Below, piece by piece: positions 21,201 to 30,458 of a DNA stretch of 64,000 nt (positions are counted from its first letter, which is position 1; each line of letters starts with the position of its first letter). The notes below the pieces were generated by a model, which was not told the origin of the DNA, searched no databases, and saw only the letters and a program-made list of their open reading frames with translations. Location: the NCBI GenBank assembly GCA_963726745.1, contig CAVSDR010000006.1:640001-704000 (forward strand). Reading direction: 5' to 3'. Position numbers and translations under genes: made by a program. The stretch comes from an uncultured Verrucomicrobiae bacterium. GTDB lineage: Bacteria > Verrucomicrobiota > Verrucomicrobiia > Chthoniobacterales > UBA10450.

Positions 21201-22087
21201 TAGGAGAAGAAAAGGCCCTTCTTAGTCCCAGCGACCACGCGGCTGCTGCTGTTCGGGTCCACCCGGACTTTGCCGACGGCATCATACTGGGGGAACTGCC
21301 CCGCAGGCTGCACATAGGCCGCGCCGAAAACCGCCGAGCCGAGCACGGCCCAGGTTTTGCCGCCGTCGGTCGTCTTCAGGATGCCCTGGCTGCCCATGGA
21401 GAAGGAACCGAAATTCAAGTCGCCGGTGCCGGCGTAGAGGACGTTGTGGTTGCGCGGATCCATCGCCAGGGTGTCGACCGACGTCGTCGCGATCAAGGGA
21501 TCGTCCGTGGTCACGGTCCAGCTGGTCGTGGGGGTGCAGCAGTTGGTCGTCTTCCAGACGCCGCCGTTGACCGCGCCGATGTAGGCCGTGATCGAGCCGT
21601 TCGTCGTCGTCGTTGGGTCCACCGCGATCGCGTTCACGCGTCCTTGGGTGATGCCGTAATCATAGCAACCGGAGCAGCCGGTCATGCGTTCCGGCGCCGG
21701 CCCGAGCGCGGTGAACGTGGTCGGGTCGAGTCCGGCCGTCGAACGGTCGCGGTTGTAGCTGCGGGCGTTGATCCCGAGCGGAAGTTCGCGGCTGATGAGC
21801 GAATCCTGCTCCGCGGCCTGGCGCACCCACGCGGGGTCGAAGCGTCCAGTCGGATAAGTGAGGCGGTCGTGCCACATCAACTCCATGCGCGCGAGGTCAT
21901 CGGCCTCGCCCCCGGGCACGGGCATGTAACGCGGGGCTTCGTCCTTCTCGGCGACCGCGGGCACTACGGCCTGCGGGATTCCGGCGAGCGCAAAGAACGC
22001 CAGGAGGCCACCAAAGGAACAGAAAGCCAGGCCAAGCAGGAGGCGGCGCTTGGAAAAGCCGGAGGGAGTTGGGGATTTTAGTTTCAT
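18263..22087 (-). CDS. large secreted BNR/VPS10-like beta-propeller protein with C-terminal dockerin-like module
   Basis: Signal anchor, GRVNAIAVDP, GGVWKT, TTDGGKTW, SYDGGVSW, HVDHHA, GGAQDNG; C-terminal SRKTH...GIECR...GDTTGDTFVNSGD...DVNLDGAINGGD. Confidence 0.85.
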   Translation of the reverse strand: MKLKSPTPSGFSKRRLLLGLAFCSFGGLLAFFALAGIPQAVVPAVAEKDEAPRYMPVPGGEADDLARMELMWHDRLTYPTGRFDPAWVRQAAEQDSLISRELPLGINARSYNRDRSTAGLDPTTFTALGPAPERMTGCSGCYDYGITQGRVNAIAVDPTTTTNGSITAYIGAVNGGVWKTTNCCTPTTSWTVTTDDPLIATTSVDTLAMDPRNHNVLYAGTGDLNFGSFSMGSQGILKTTDGGKTWAVLGSAVFGAAYVQPAGQFPQYDAVGKVRVDPNSSSRVVAGTKKGLFFSYDGGVSWTGPCVTNNFNTQRHDITGLELTDMGGGVTRILAAIGTRGFATPVQYDLGAQGANGLYKGTMPASGCPTDFTLLTRNDNGFVFGTAVTGSPYTTGALMNAGSGDPYVNATTGNQLSRMDIAVAPSNPNYIYAQVGSIAGNTASGCGGGSGCQLGVWSSIDGGNSWSFMQGSAGGSLRACATGGTSAVGSGAAGGGDYPQNWYDQGLAVDPNNPDRLFVDTFDTWVANRTGSTFYNVTCGYSGTPVANHVVHVDHHALAFIPGSSSILLEGSDGGIFATTNADVVQEGTARPTWFNMDNGLNTIEFYAGDISGNFANASNPMAVGGAQDNGPSSVTFNGTPTGPVQWQMGLGGDGFSGQIDPIGTGQTQAQGTMVVTTGGTIAGETFKIGSVTFTWVASGTSPGNVVASTTVNTAATNIRTAINRDSTEVTASGTGANVIVTSVIPGPVGNFIEFTENGTNTTMNGNGFLGGTTQGGLPGSLRVWQGNNSGGLSRCVSNCSNSGATYTSSRGAWTGDQQSFVLPINLFHGGIPGGDDCDAAGPTTGCGRLLAATTRVYETISGAGATVPTTAWYITNNPVGAAAGPNLTKGTLGNRSYINQVKYSPKYYSVAIVGTNDGNVQIGFNLGTGTASQANWVNVTGGNSVLPNRPILSVALDPVVPARNVPVGYAGVGGFNANSPTTPGHVFQVTCGDTCATFTWLDKTGNLPDIPVGSVISNPNFPQQVFAGTDFGLYYTNDITAASPVWYRFKDGMPAVMIWDMQIDRGATTLSVWTRGRGAFAWPLPSGPVPTPVTLNSVVSRKTHAGAGPLDLDLGLNGVGIECRTGGANGEHTVVFTFANPLNSVASVSLTGTGTVASSAIGSNPSEYVVQLTGVTDAQHLGITLNGVQDNAGNLSNTVRGGLNVLLGDTTGDTFVNSGDVIQTRNRSGGPLTAPNFRSDVNLDGAINGGDAIIVRAAAGGTLTPRVETVSAR

Positions 22088-22276
22088 ACGGGATTTTGAG
22101 GGCGGGAGAGTGGTCAGGACGCGCCGCCACTGACAAGGAAAACTTTTTTTATTTTCAATCTCTCGAGGAAGTTGCGAATACATCGGGCTTTCCCATAAAA
22201 ACCAGACGCGGCTTCTGCGGCCGCGCCGGTTTTAGCCGACACTTTCACCCTCCAGCGCCCTCCCCGGCGGGAACGG

Positions 22277-24473
22277 TTACGGCAGCATTTGCCCGGCCCG
22301 TGACCGCGCGATGATGGCGTCGCCCGCGTTAATGAAACCGTCCGCGTTCAGGTCCGAGCGGACCGTCGTGGCGTCCGGACTGCCGGAGCGGCTGCGCACC
22401 TGCAGGCTGTCGCCGACATTGACCGTCCCGTCGCCGTTACTGTCGCCATAGAGAAACGCGATCGGCACCACGATGTCGCCCACGCCGCTGCCATCGTTCA
22501 CGCCTGCAAGCGTAACACTTAACCGGGAAACATCCGGCACATTGGCGAGATTGACCGTGATCACACTCCCGCTTGAGCTCGCGCTGCTAACCGTGGCCGG
22601 GCTCGTCACCGAAGCCCCGCTAAAGGTGACCGCAGTCGGAAACGTCACGACAATCTTGTGCTGGCCTGCGACCGGCCCGACGCGGCATTCGATCCCGCTG
22701 TTGCCGACGAGTGGCAGGTTAATATCGAGATCGCCTTCCGCGGCGTGCGCTTTCCGCGAAACCGCGGCACTCACCGGCGGCGCATACGGGAAGCGGAATT
22801 TCCCGATGCGCGTGCCCCAGGCCGAGCTGCTGGTGGCGGGATAGTATTCGTTCGTGTGCCAGAAGGAAAAGTTGTCCGCCGGATCGATCCCAAGTGCGCT
22901 GTAGTCGCCCCAGCGCCCGCTCGAGCTGGTCTGGTGCCCGCCGCCGGCGATGAGCACTGCCTCGCCTTGCGCAAGAGTATTCACTGGGTCCGCCGCGAGC
23001 CGTCCGGCATAACGAATCCCGGGCTCGATCGTGCTTCCGGAAGCCGAGTAGGCGATCGCCATGTTGCCCGCAGCATCGACCGAGATGCTGGGCATGAAGC
23101 GCCAGAGCCCATCGGCGGCGTTGGTGAAGGTCTGCTGCTGCGCCGCGGTCGCGGGAATCGTCCCGCCGGTGACGTTAAATTGATACCAGCGAATGCCGGT
23201 GGGGCCGGTGCCGGCCTGGTTATTGTTCACCGTGTGCGCGGCCCAAAGCGACTCGACCCCGGCGCGATTTTGGTAGACCACCGGCGACATGATCTTGTCG
23301 CCTAAAGTATCGAGCTTCGCCGTGGTGCCATTCTGCGGCACGATCAAGGTCGTGCTGGTGTAGGCATCCACAAAACCACTCACGGTGATGTCCGCATTGG
23401 CAGTGTGGTTTGCGCCCACGCCAAAGGTGGAATTCGCCGGCGTGGTGAAATCCGGCTGGAAGCGCCAGACGTGCACCTTCGTCTGGACCACACCGGCAGC
23501 GCCCGGGCTATCGATCGCGAGCAGATATTCCGCGGTCCCGGCCGGCGGCGGGCTCCCAGCGCGGAAGGTGGCCGCGACCAGGCTGTAGGCATCGCCGATG
23601 GTGGCAGCGTCAATCGTGTAGGCGATGGCGCCGGCATTAGGCGCGCCGGTGCCGTTGACCATCGCCTGGCGCGGCAGGGCAAAGACGCGCACGCCGTTAA
23701 AGGTGGTGTTGCTGCTGAAGAGATTCACCGTCAGGTAGTAGGCGTTCGGCCACAGCGCGATCTTCCCGTAATCGCCGAAGTGTGACGGGTTCGCCGGGTC
23801 GATCTGGACCGCGTAGAGCCACCAGCCGCCCGAGACCGGGATCGCTCGTCTTCGAGACGCCGATGCACTGGTAAAACGACACGCCGGGGAAAGCCGGGAA
23901 CGCAAAGTCGCTGACTACCCAGCGATCCGCGAGATGATCATAGAGCACCAGGCCGTCGCCTTGGTTTTGGTTTAAGCCGCACGGCGTGCCGCTGCTCGCG
24001 AGCCCGGAAAAAAAGCTGTTGTAGGTCGTGGGCGCGAGCAGCTGGTTGCCCGCCTTGTCGATGATCTTGATGCTGGAATTAACCGACTGGATGTAGTGGT
24101 TCGGCCCGACGTCGCCGTGCGTGTCCGGCGGCAGGCAACCGCAGCCGCTCTGCGCGGAATTAATCCCGGCAAAGGTCGCAAGCGGCGCCGGCATGGTCAC
24201 CGCCTGCGCGACCCGCCGCACGGCCCGGATCGCATCCTGTGCATCCGTTCCTTGGAACGCTGGGTAACGGGTAAGCCGCTGCTCATCAGCTTCCATCGTC
24301 GCCGGCTCAAACGGCAGGTCGCGCAGGTCGGTATCCATCGAGACCGGCCCGATCAATGGGACCACATCTGGCTGGCCCGCGGCCGGAGCCTTTCCGTCCG
24401 GCTCCGCAGCGGCGACGGGAAACGTCAGGAGCGTGAGGGCGAAAATGTGGGCGAGGCCAAGTATCTTTTTCAT
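22277..24473 (-). CDS. secreted protein with C-terminal dockerin-like module (frameshift near 23835)
   Basis: Signal peptide, PPDTHGDVGP, RWGDYS; ORFs 23697..24515 and 22277..23905 join at SKTSDP/VSGGWW; C-terminal GDSNGDGTVNVGD...DLNADGFINAGD. Confidence 0.8.
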
Positions 24474-24524
24474 AAAAGCGGGGAAGGACGAGAACAGAAG
24501 TCTTTTGCCCGCCAAAAGTCACGC

Positions 24525-26285
24525 CTAATCCAGGGTGTAAGCCTCGACCGTGGCCACACCGAGGCTCCCGTTCTTGCCGCGCACGATCGCGGTGTGCGCC
24601 GTCGGCGGAAGCGTGGCCACGATGGCCGCCTCGAGGTCGTTTGGCGGCGGCACCGTGCTGTCGATGATCTCCTGCTGCTGGCCGCCGGTGCGCCAGTTAT
24701 CGTTTGTCGCCAGGAGCACGCCGTCTTTGTTGTAAAGCTCGAGCGTGGGGTCGGCTAATTTGTTCGCGACCGCGAGCGACGGCCCGAGCGAGCGCACGAT
24801 CACTTTCTTGTTCGTCGTCCCGGTGATGATGAAGCCGCCGATCATGACGTCATTCCCGGTCTGGACAAAGCCGCGGCTGGAGATGTTTGCCAGGGTGGAA
24901 TCGGCCGCCGGATCGAGGTCGTAGATTTCCACCGAGCCAATCCCGGTGCCGCCGCCGACGCCGCGGACGATCGCGGTGTAAGCGGTGCGATTCGCTGGCA
25001 AAGTCGCGATGAGCGCGGCCTCGAGGTCATTCGTCGGCGGGACCGTGCTGTCGATGATCGCCTGCTCCTGGCCGCCGGTGCGCCAGTTGTCATTCGTCGC
25101 GATCAAGCCGCCCGGTCCGTGCAATTCCAGGATCGGGTCGGCTAATTTGCCGGCCAGATTGTAGGACGGCCCGAGCGAGCGAATGATCACCCGCTTCGGC
25201 TGCGTGCCGGTGACGATGAAACCGCCGATGAGGACGTTGTCGCCCGTGCCCACATTCATTCGCGTGGAGATATTGCCGAAGCGCGCCGGGGCGCCGACTG
25301 CGGCCGCGAGGTAATCGACTTTCGCGTTCAACAAGCCGCTGACGGTGGTCGTGCGCTGCGTAGTCGCGACGCCGCTGCCGCTGAAGGTCGCGGTGTAGGC
25401 GCCGTTCCCCGGCACCGGCACGGAGTAGCCGCCAGACGCGCTCGTGATCGCAAAGAAGTTCGAGCCGTTCACGTCCACGCGGACGCCGCCGATCCCCTCG
25501 CCCGGGTCGTAGAAATTGTTTCCGTTGGCATCGTTGTAGACCACGCCGGTGACAAAGGGCGTGCCGCCGCTCTGCGTGCCGAAGTTTTGCACCACGTAGA
25601 AGGAATCCCACGGGCCGCCGGGCTGGCCGGGATTATTCTGGTTATCCGTGCCCACGGAAATGCCGATGCCGGCCTCGCGCCAAAAGCCGAGCATGGTCGT
25701 GTTGCGATGACCGCGGCCGGGCACGGTCAGGTCGGTGAAGAGATCGTTGTGCGCCTGGAGGATGGCGCTGATTAATTTCGCGCCGCTATACGGTCCGCTC
25801 CCCTGCGACTCGGCGATGGCGACATTCTCCGCGCCCGGAAAAAATCCGGAAGTGGTCGTGGGCCCGTTATACGTCGCTTTCACATAGCCGGTAGCCGCGA
25901 TGCGCTGGTCCGGCGTGCTTCCGCCAAAGGTGTGGGGCGAGCCGCCGAGGAAAAATTGGTCGGCGTTGTTGAGATTGTTTGCATGGTTTTGCGCGGCGGT
26001 CTGGAGCTGCGGATTCCACGAGAGCGGCTGGTTCGCATTCGCAATCGTCCACACTTCGCCATTGTAATTCGGCGGGCCTTCCTGCAACCCGCTTAAGCCC
26101 AAGCGCGTCGCCTCCGCGCCGCCGTTGGCCCGCGCGCGGTTGATCAGCTCGAGCATGTATTGCTGCTCATTCGAGGGGTTGCCGATGGAATACTGCGTCT
26201 GCCCCTGCGCTCCGGCCGCGAGCGCGAGCAATCCCACCACCACACCAACCCCAGCCCCAAAACGACGAAACTCCGTAGCATGCAT
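24525..26285 (-). CDS. secreted CAP (SCP)-like domain protein with C-terminal tandem 'NISTR' domains
   Basis: EQQYMLELINRARAN, AAQNHA, AENVA, GHR, VQNFG; then NISTR...IGGF and NISSRG...IGGF repeats. Confidence 0.85.
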   Translation of the reverse strand: MHATEFRRFGAGVGVVVGLLALAAGAQGQTQYSIGNPSNEQQYMLELINRARANGGAEATRLGLSGLQEGPPNYNGEVWTIANANQPLSWNPQLQTAAQNHANNLNNADQFFLGGSPHTFGGSTPDQRIAATGYVKATYNGPTTTSGFFPGAENVAIAESQGSGPYSGAKLISAILQAHNDLFTDLTVPGRGHRNTTMLGFWREAGIGISVGTDNQNNPGQPGGPWDSFYVVQNFGTQSGGTPFVTGVVYNDANGNNFYDPGEGIGGVRVDVNGSNFFAITSASGGYSVPVPGNGAYTATFSGSGVATTQRTTTVSGLLNAKVDYLAAAVGAPARFGNISTRMNVGTGDNVLIGGFIVTGTQPKRVIIRSLGPSYNLAGKLADPILELHGPGGLIATNDNWRTGGQEQAIIDSTVPPTNDLEAALIATLPANRTAYTAIVRGVGGGTGIGSVEIYDLDPAADSTLANISSRGFVQTGNDVMIGGFIITGTTNKKVIVRSLGPSLAVANKLADPTLELYNKDGVLLATNDNWRTGGQQQEIIDSTVPPPNDLEAAIVATLPPTAHTAIVRGKNGSLGVATVEAYTLD

Positions 26286-27095
26286 GGGCGCACGCTACGG
26301 AGTTCGCGAATTTCTCTCAAGCCTCGAGAGGCTGAGAATGCTGACTAATTTAAGGTGTAGGCTTCCACCGTAGCCACCCCGGTGCTGCCGTCTTTGCCGC
26401 GAACGATCACAGTGTGAGCGGTCGACGGCAGGGTGGCGACGATCGCCGCTTCGAGGTCGTTCGGCGGAGCCACGGTGCTGTCGATGATCTCCTGCTGCTG
26501 GCCGCCGGTGCGCCAGTCGTCATTCGAGGCGATGAGCACGCCGTTGGCGTTGTAGAGCTCGAGCGTCGGGTTCGCGAGTTTCCCCGCAACCGTAAGGCTC
26601 GGCCCGAGCGAACGGACGATTACTTTCTTCATGCCGCCGCCGCGGATAATGAAGCCGCCGATCATGACGTTGTCCGCTGTCTGGACAAAGCCGCGGCTGC
26701 AGATGTTCGCCAGGGCGGAATCAGCCGTCGGATTGAGGTCGTAGATTTCCACTGAGGCGATGCCGGTGCCGCCATCCTTCCCACGCACAATCGCGGTGTA
26801 ACCGGTGCGGCCCGCAGGGAGCGTGGCCACGATTGCCGGCTCGAGATCGTTCGAGGGAGCGACCGTGCTGTCGATGATCTCCTGCTCCTGACCACCGGCG
26901 CGCCAGTTGTCATTCGAGGTGATCAAGCCGCCAGGACCGTAGAGCTCCAGCGTCGGGTCGGCCAATTTGCCGGCAAAAGTGTAGGACGGTCCGATCGCGC
27001 GGATGATGACTTTCTTCGGCGCCGTGCCGGTAACGATGAACCCGCCGATGAGGGCGTTGTCGCCCGTCTCCACGCGCATGCGAGTGGCGATGTTG
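24525..27095. repeat. duplicated C-terminal NISTR module (about 24525-25275 and 26345-27095), each internally duplicated
   Basis: Near-identical DNA such as GTGCTGTCGATGATCTCCTGCTGCTGGCCGCCGGTGCGCCAG near 24655 and 26475, with variants near 25045 and 26865. Confidence 0.85.
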
Positions 27096-29357
27096 CCGAA
27101 GATGGTCGGCGTCGCGCTCGGGGTCGGCGTGGGAGTCGAGTCGGGTCGGGGTCGGGGTCGCTGTAGGCGTTGGCGTGGCCGTTGGGGTCGGCGTCGGCGT
27201 CGGCGTTGGCGTAGCCGTCGGAGTCGGCGTCGGAGTCGGAGTCGGCGTCGGGGTCGGGGTGCCGGCGTTGATCGTCAGGTCGGCGTCCGAGATGTCGAAG
27301 AAGACGTTGCCCACCGCTTCGACCTTGATGCGGCCGGTGGTGGTGTCGACGTTCGGCAAGGTCACGCTGGCGCTGCCGTTGTTCGGAACCGAGCCCGCGA
27401 GGACGGTCGGGAAGGTTTGCCCGCCATCGGTCGAGAGGCTGATCTTCACATTCGCGGCGTTCACTGGCGCGGCGTTGGTGTTGGCCACACTCCAGGTCAC
27501 AGTCACGGCGGTGTTGCCAGTGAGCGTGGTGGCAGTGTTCGGCGCGGTGATCACGAACGGGCCGCTGGCTGCATCGACCGTTACGGTGGTGCCGGCATCG
27601 ACCACGCCGCCGCGACCGTCGCGTGCGACCACGCGGAAGTTCATCGTGCGGGCGACAGCCGGCAGGATCTCGCCGGTCACGCAAGTGATCCCGGTCTCGC
27701 AGACTGCACCCATCGGCGAAGTGCCGGTGAAGGTGAGAGGCGGGAGGTTCGCGTTATTCAGGATGTAAGGCAGGCTCGGGAAGGTGCGCGTAGGGCTGGC
27801 CGAGGGCGCGTAGACGCGGAAGAGCGGGCGCAAAACGCCATCGCTATCCTGATCGTAAGCGCCGGGCGGCATCCCCTCGGGACCGCTGGCCGCGGCCGCG
27901 AGATCGTATTCTTCCCAGGAGTAGCTCAAGGGATCGTTGTCGGCGTCGGTGCCGAGCGCGGTGAGCGCAAACGGCGTCTGCTTTGGAATGGTGTAGCTGG
28001 CGCCGGCACTGACCGTGGGGACGTTGTTCCCCGTGGCGGTGTTCGTGCCGCAGCTGCCGCCGCCCGTGGCGTCGGCTAATTCCGTGAAGATCTGCGTCAG
28101 GCTGCGCACCGAGAAGGTGTCGAGCGAATACTGCTGCAGGTTGCGCGCGCCGCAGATGCCGACGTAGGACATGATCGTCGAGCCGCTGGCCGGCTCGTAG
28201 GCGTCATTCGCCGAGCGCGTGCTGCAGGTGCCGGTTTCCTTGGTGTTATAGGTGTGCTGTGCGGAGAGCTGGTGTCCCATTTCGTGCGCCACGTAGTCGA
28301 CCCAGAACGGGTCGCCCGTAGGGGGGACGCGCGCGGAATAGCCTTCCCCCTTTTGCGCCGAGCAAATCGAGGGGCTGCTGGCCACGCCGCCGCCGCCGGT
28401 GCCGAAGAGATGGCCGAGATCGTAATTGGCATTGCCAACGATGGTATCGAGCTGGGTCTGGTTAATCGAAAGCTGGTTGGTGTTGTCGGTGTTGTCGTAG
28501 GGGTCGGTCGCCGGGTCCGGGAAGACGATGTTTTTGCCCGAGACGAGCGTGAGCGCGACCGAGAGATCGCGCCGGTAGATGGTATTGATCCGGTTGACCG
28601 CGTTCATCACGTCGGCAAAAGCGGCATCCTGCCCGCCGCGGTTCACGGTGTATTCCCCGGTGGTGGCAATGGCCACGCGGTAGGTGCGAAGATTCGCGCC
28701 GTTGCTAAAGCGCGGAGCGATCGCGCGCTTCGCGGTCTTTTCCTGCGAGGGGCCCGGGTGCTTCGTCTCGTCGGCTAAATAGCGATCGAGTTCGCAATGG
28801 AAAGCGTTCTGCGCCGCAGCGACGTCGCTCTTGAAGTAAGTCACGCAATGCGCGCGATCGCTCGCGCTGCGCGGATCGACCAAATACGCGCCATCCTTCC
28901 CGATCACGTAGGCCGAGAATCCTTCCCGCGACCAGCTCAAGCGTGCCACCGCAGTGGTGTCGTCGAGGCCGCGCGCGGAATAGGTCTTCCAATCCGGGCG
29001 CTCCGCCGCGGCTTTGCCGGCGAGCATCGGGGACTCTTCGATCCGGAAACGCTCCACCTGCCCATCCGGGCGCGGCAGCGTGATCTCGATTGCGATCATT
29101 TCGGCCGCAGGCGTGAACTCCATCGGCGCGCTCTCCAGGATGGATTCCATCGCCGGGACGTCGAGCGCCAGGGTGCGTGCGCCCGCCGGAGCAGAGTGGT
29201 TTTGCGGCAGGGCCGCCAACTCTTTCTGGTCGACGCTGCGCCACAGAGTCGATTGCGCGGCAGCAGTGGCCGCGAGGAAGACACACGCCAAGCTGGCGGC
29301 GAATAAAGGCTGCAAACGTAGGAGCGCTCGGAAGCGCAGAGGACAATTCTTTATCAT
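26345..29357 (-). CDS. reprolysin-like (M12B) zinc metallopeptidase with Pro-Thr linker and NISTR domains (frameshift near 27140)
   Basis: YRVAIATTGEY, VAHEMGHQLSAQH, EPASGSTIMSY; the PT linker joins in another frame to PTIFGNIATRMRV of ORF 26345..27079. Confidence 0.85.
27112..27262 (-). repeat. (Pro-Thr)n low-complexity linker repeat
   Basis: Tandem 6-nt units (GGCGTC/GGAGTC/GGGGTC) encoding PTPTPTPT. Confidence 0.9.
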
Positions 29358-29468
29358 GTGGATTTTCGAGATTCTCAGACACGCGTCAGTCACCTGCACA
29401 CTTTATGCAGGTTCATGCGCGGGCGGACGTTAGCGCGGAAGAGCTGGTTTTCCAGCGCTATGATAAAA

Positions 29469-30458
29469 TTAATAGCGCCCAGCGCGTTCGAGCAGCGGCT
29501 GCCACCAATGCTGGTTTGCCAAATACCAGTCGATCGTCGCTTCAAGGCCTTCGCGGAAGTGGTGCCGCGGGCTCCACTTCAACTCCTGGAGCGCGAAGGA
29601 GGAATCGATCGCATACCGCCGGTCGTGCCCCAACCGGTCGGTCACAAATTGAATCAGCGAATGCGGCTTCCCGAGCTTGTCCAGGATCAGGCGCACGACG
29701 TCGATGTTCACCATCTCGCTGTTGCCGCCGAAGTTGTAGACCGTGCCCGGTTTCCCCTCGAAAAGCGCGGCCACGATCCCGGCGCAATGATCTTCCACGT
29801 GGATCCAGTCGCGCACGTTTTGCCCATCGCCGTAGACCGGGAGCGGCTCGTCGCGCATCGCCTTGATGATCATCAACGGGATCAGCTTCTCGGGAAATTG
29901 ATACGGCCCATAGTTGTTCGAGCAGCGGGTCACCACGACCTCCTGGTCGAAGGTCTTGTGCGAGGCGAGGGCAATCAAATCCGCGCCCGCCTTGCTCGCG
30001 GAATAGGGCGAGCTCGGCTCGATCGGCGATTGCTCGGTGAAGCGGCCGGTCGCGCCTAACGAGCCGTAGACCTCGTCGGTCGAGACCTGGACGAACCGCT
30101 GCACCCCGTGGCGCCGGGCGCAGTCGAGCAGGATGCTGGTGCCGACGACGTTCGTGTGGATGAAATTTTGCGGATCGTTGATCGAGCGATCGACGTGCGA
30201 TTCGGCCGCGAAGTTGACCACGGCAAAAAAAAGATGCTCGCGCATGAGCGCATCCATCTGGTCGGCGTTGGCGATGTCCGCCTGGAAGAACTCGTAGCGC
30301 TCGCCATGTTCCTCCGCCACCCCGTCGAGGTTGGCCAGGTTCCCCGCGTAAGTCAGGACATCGACATTGCTCAGCGACGCCTGCTTGTAATGTTCGAGAA
30401 CGTAGCGAATAAAGTTGCTCCCGATGAAGCCGCAGCCGCCCGTAACTAAAATGCGCAT
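29469..30458 (-). CDS. rfbB: dTDP-glucose 4,6-dehydratase
   Basis: MRILVTGGCGFIGSN, AAESHVDRSI, STDEVYG, PYSASKA, RDWIHVEDH, DRLGHDRRYA. Confidence 0.96.
   Translation of the reverse strand: MRILVTGGCGFIGSNFIRYVLEHYKQASLSNVDVLTYAGNLANLDGVAEEHGERYEFFQADIANADQMDALMREHLFFAVVNFAAESHVDRSINDPQNFIHTNVVGTSILLDCARRHGVQRFVQVSTDEVYGSLGATGRFTEQSPIEPSSPYSASKAGADLIALASHKTFDQEVVVTRCSNNYGPYQFPEKLIPLMIIKAMRDEPLPVYGDGQNVRDWIHVEDHCAGIVAALFEGKPGTVYNFGGNSEMVNIDVVRLILDKLGKPHSLIQFVTDRLGHDRRYAIDSSFALQELKWSPRHHFREGLEATIDWYLANQHWWQPLLERAGRY

Noticed and set aside
24525..27095. Near-identical repeats as DGR template and variable regions
   Set aside because: Both copies are coding C-terminal domains, differences are not adenine-specific by eye, and no reverse transcriptase is present
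27112..27262. 6-nt tandem repeat as a non-coding VNTR
   Set aside because: It encodes an ordinary Pro-Thr interdomain linker
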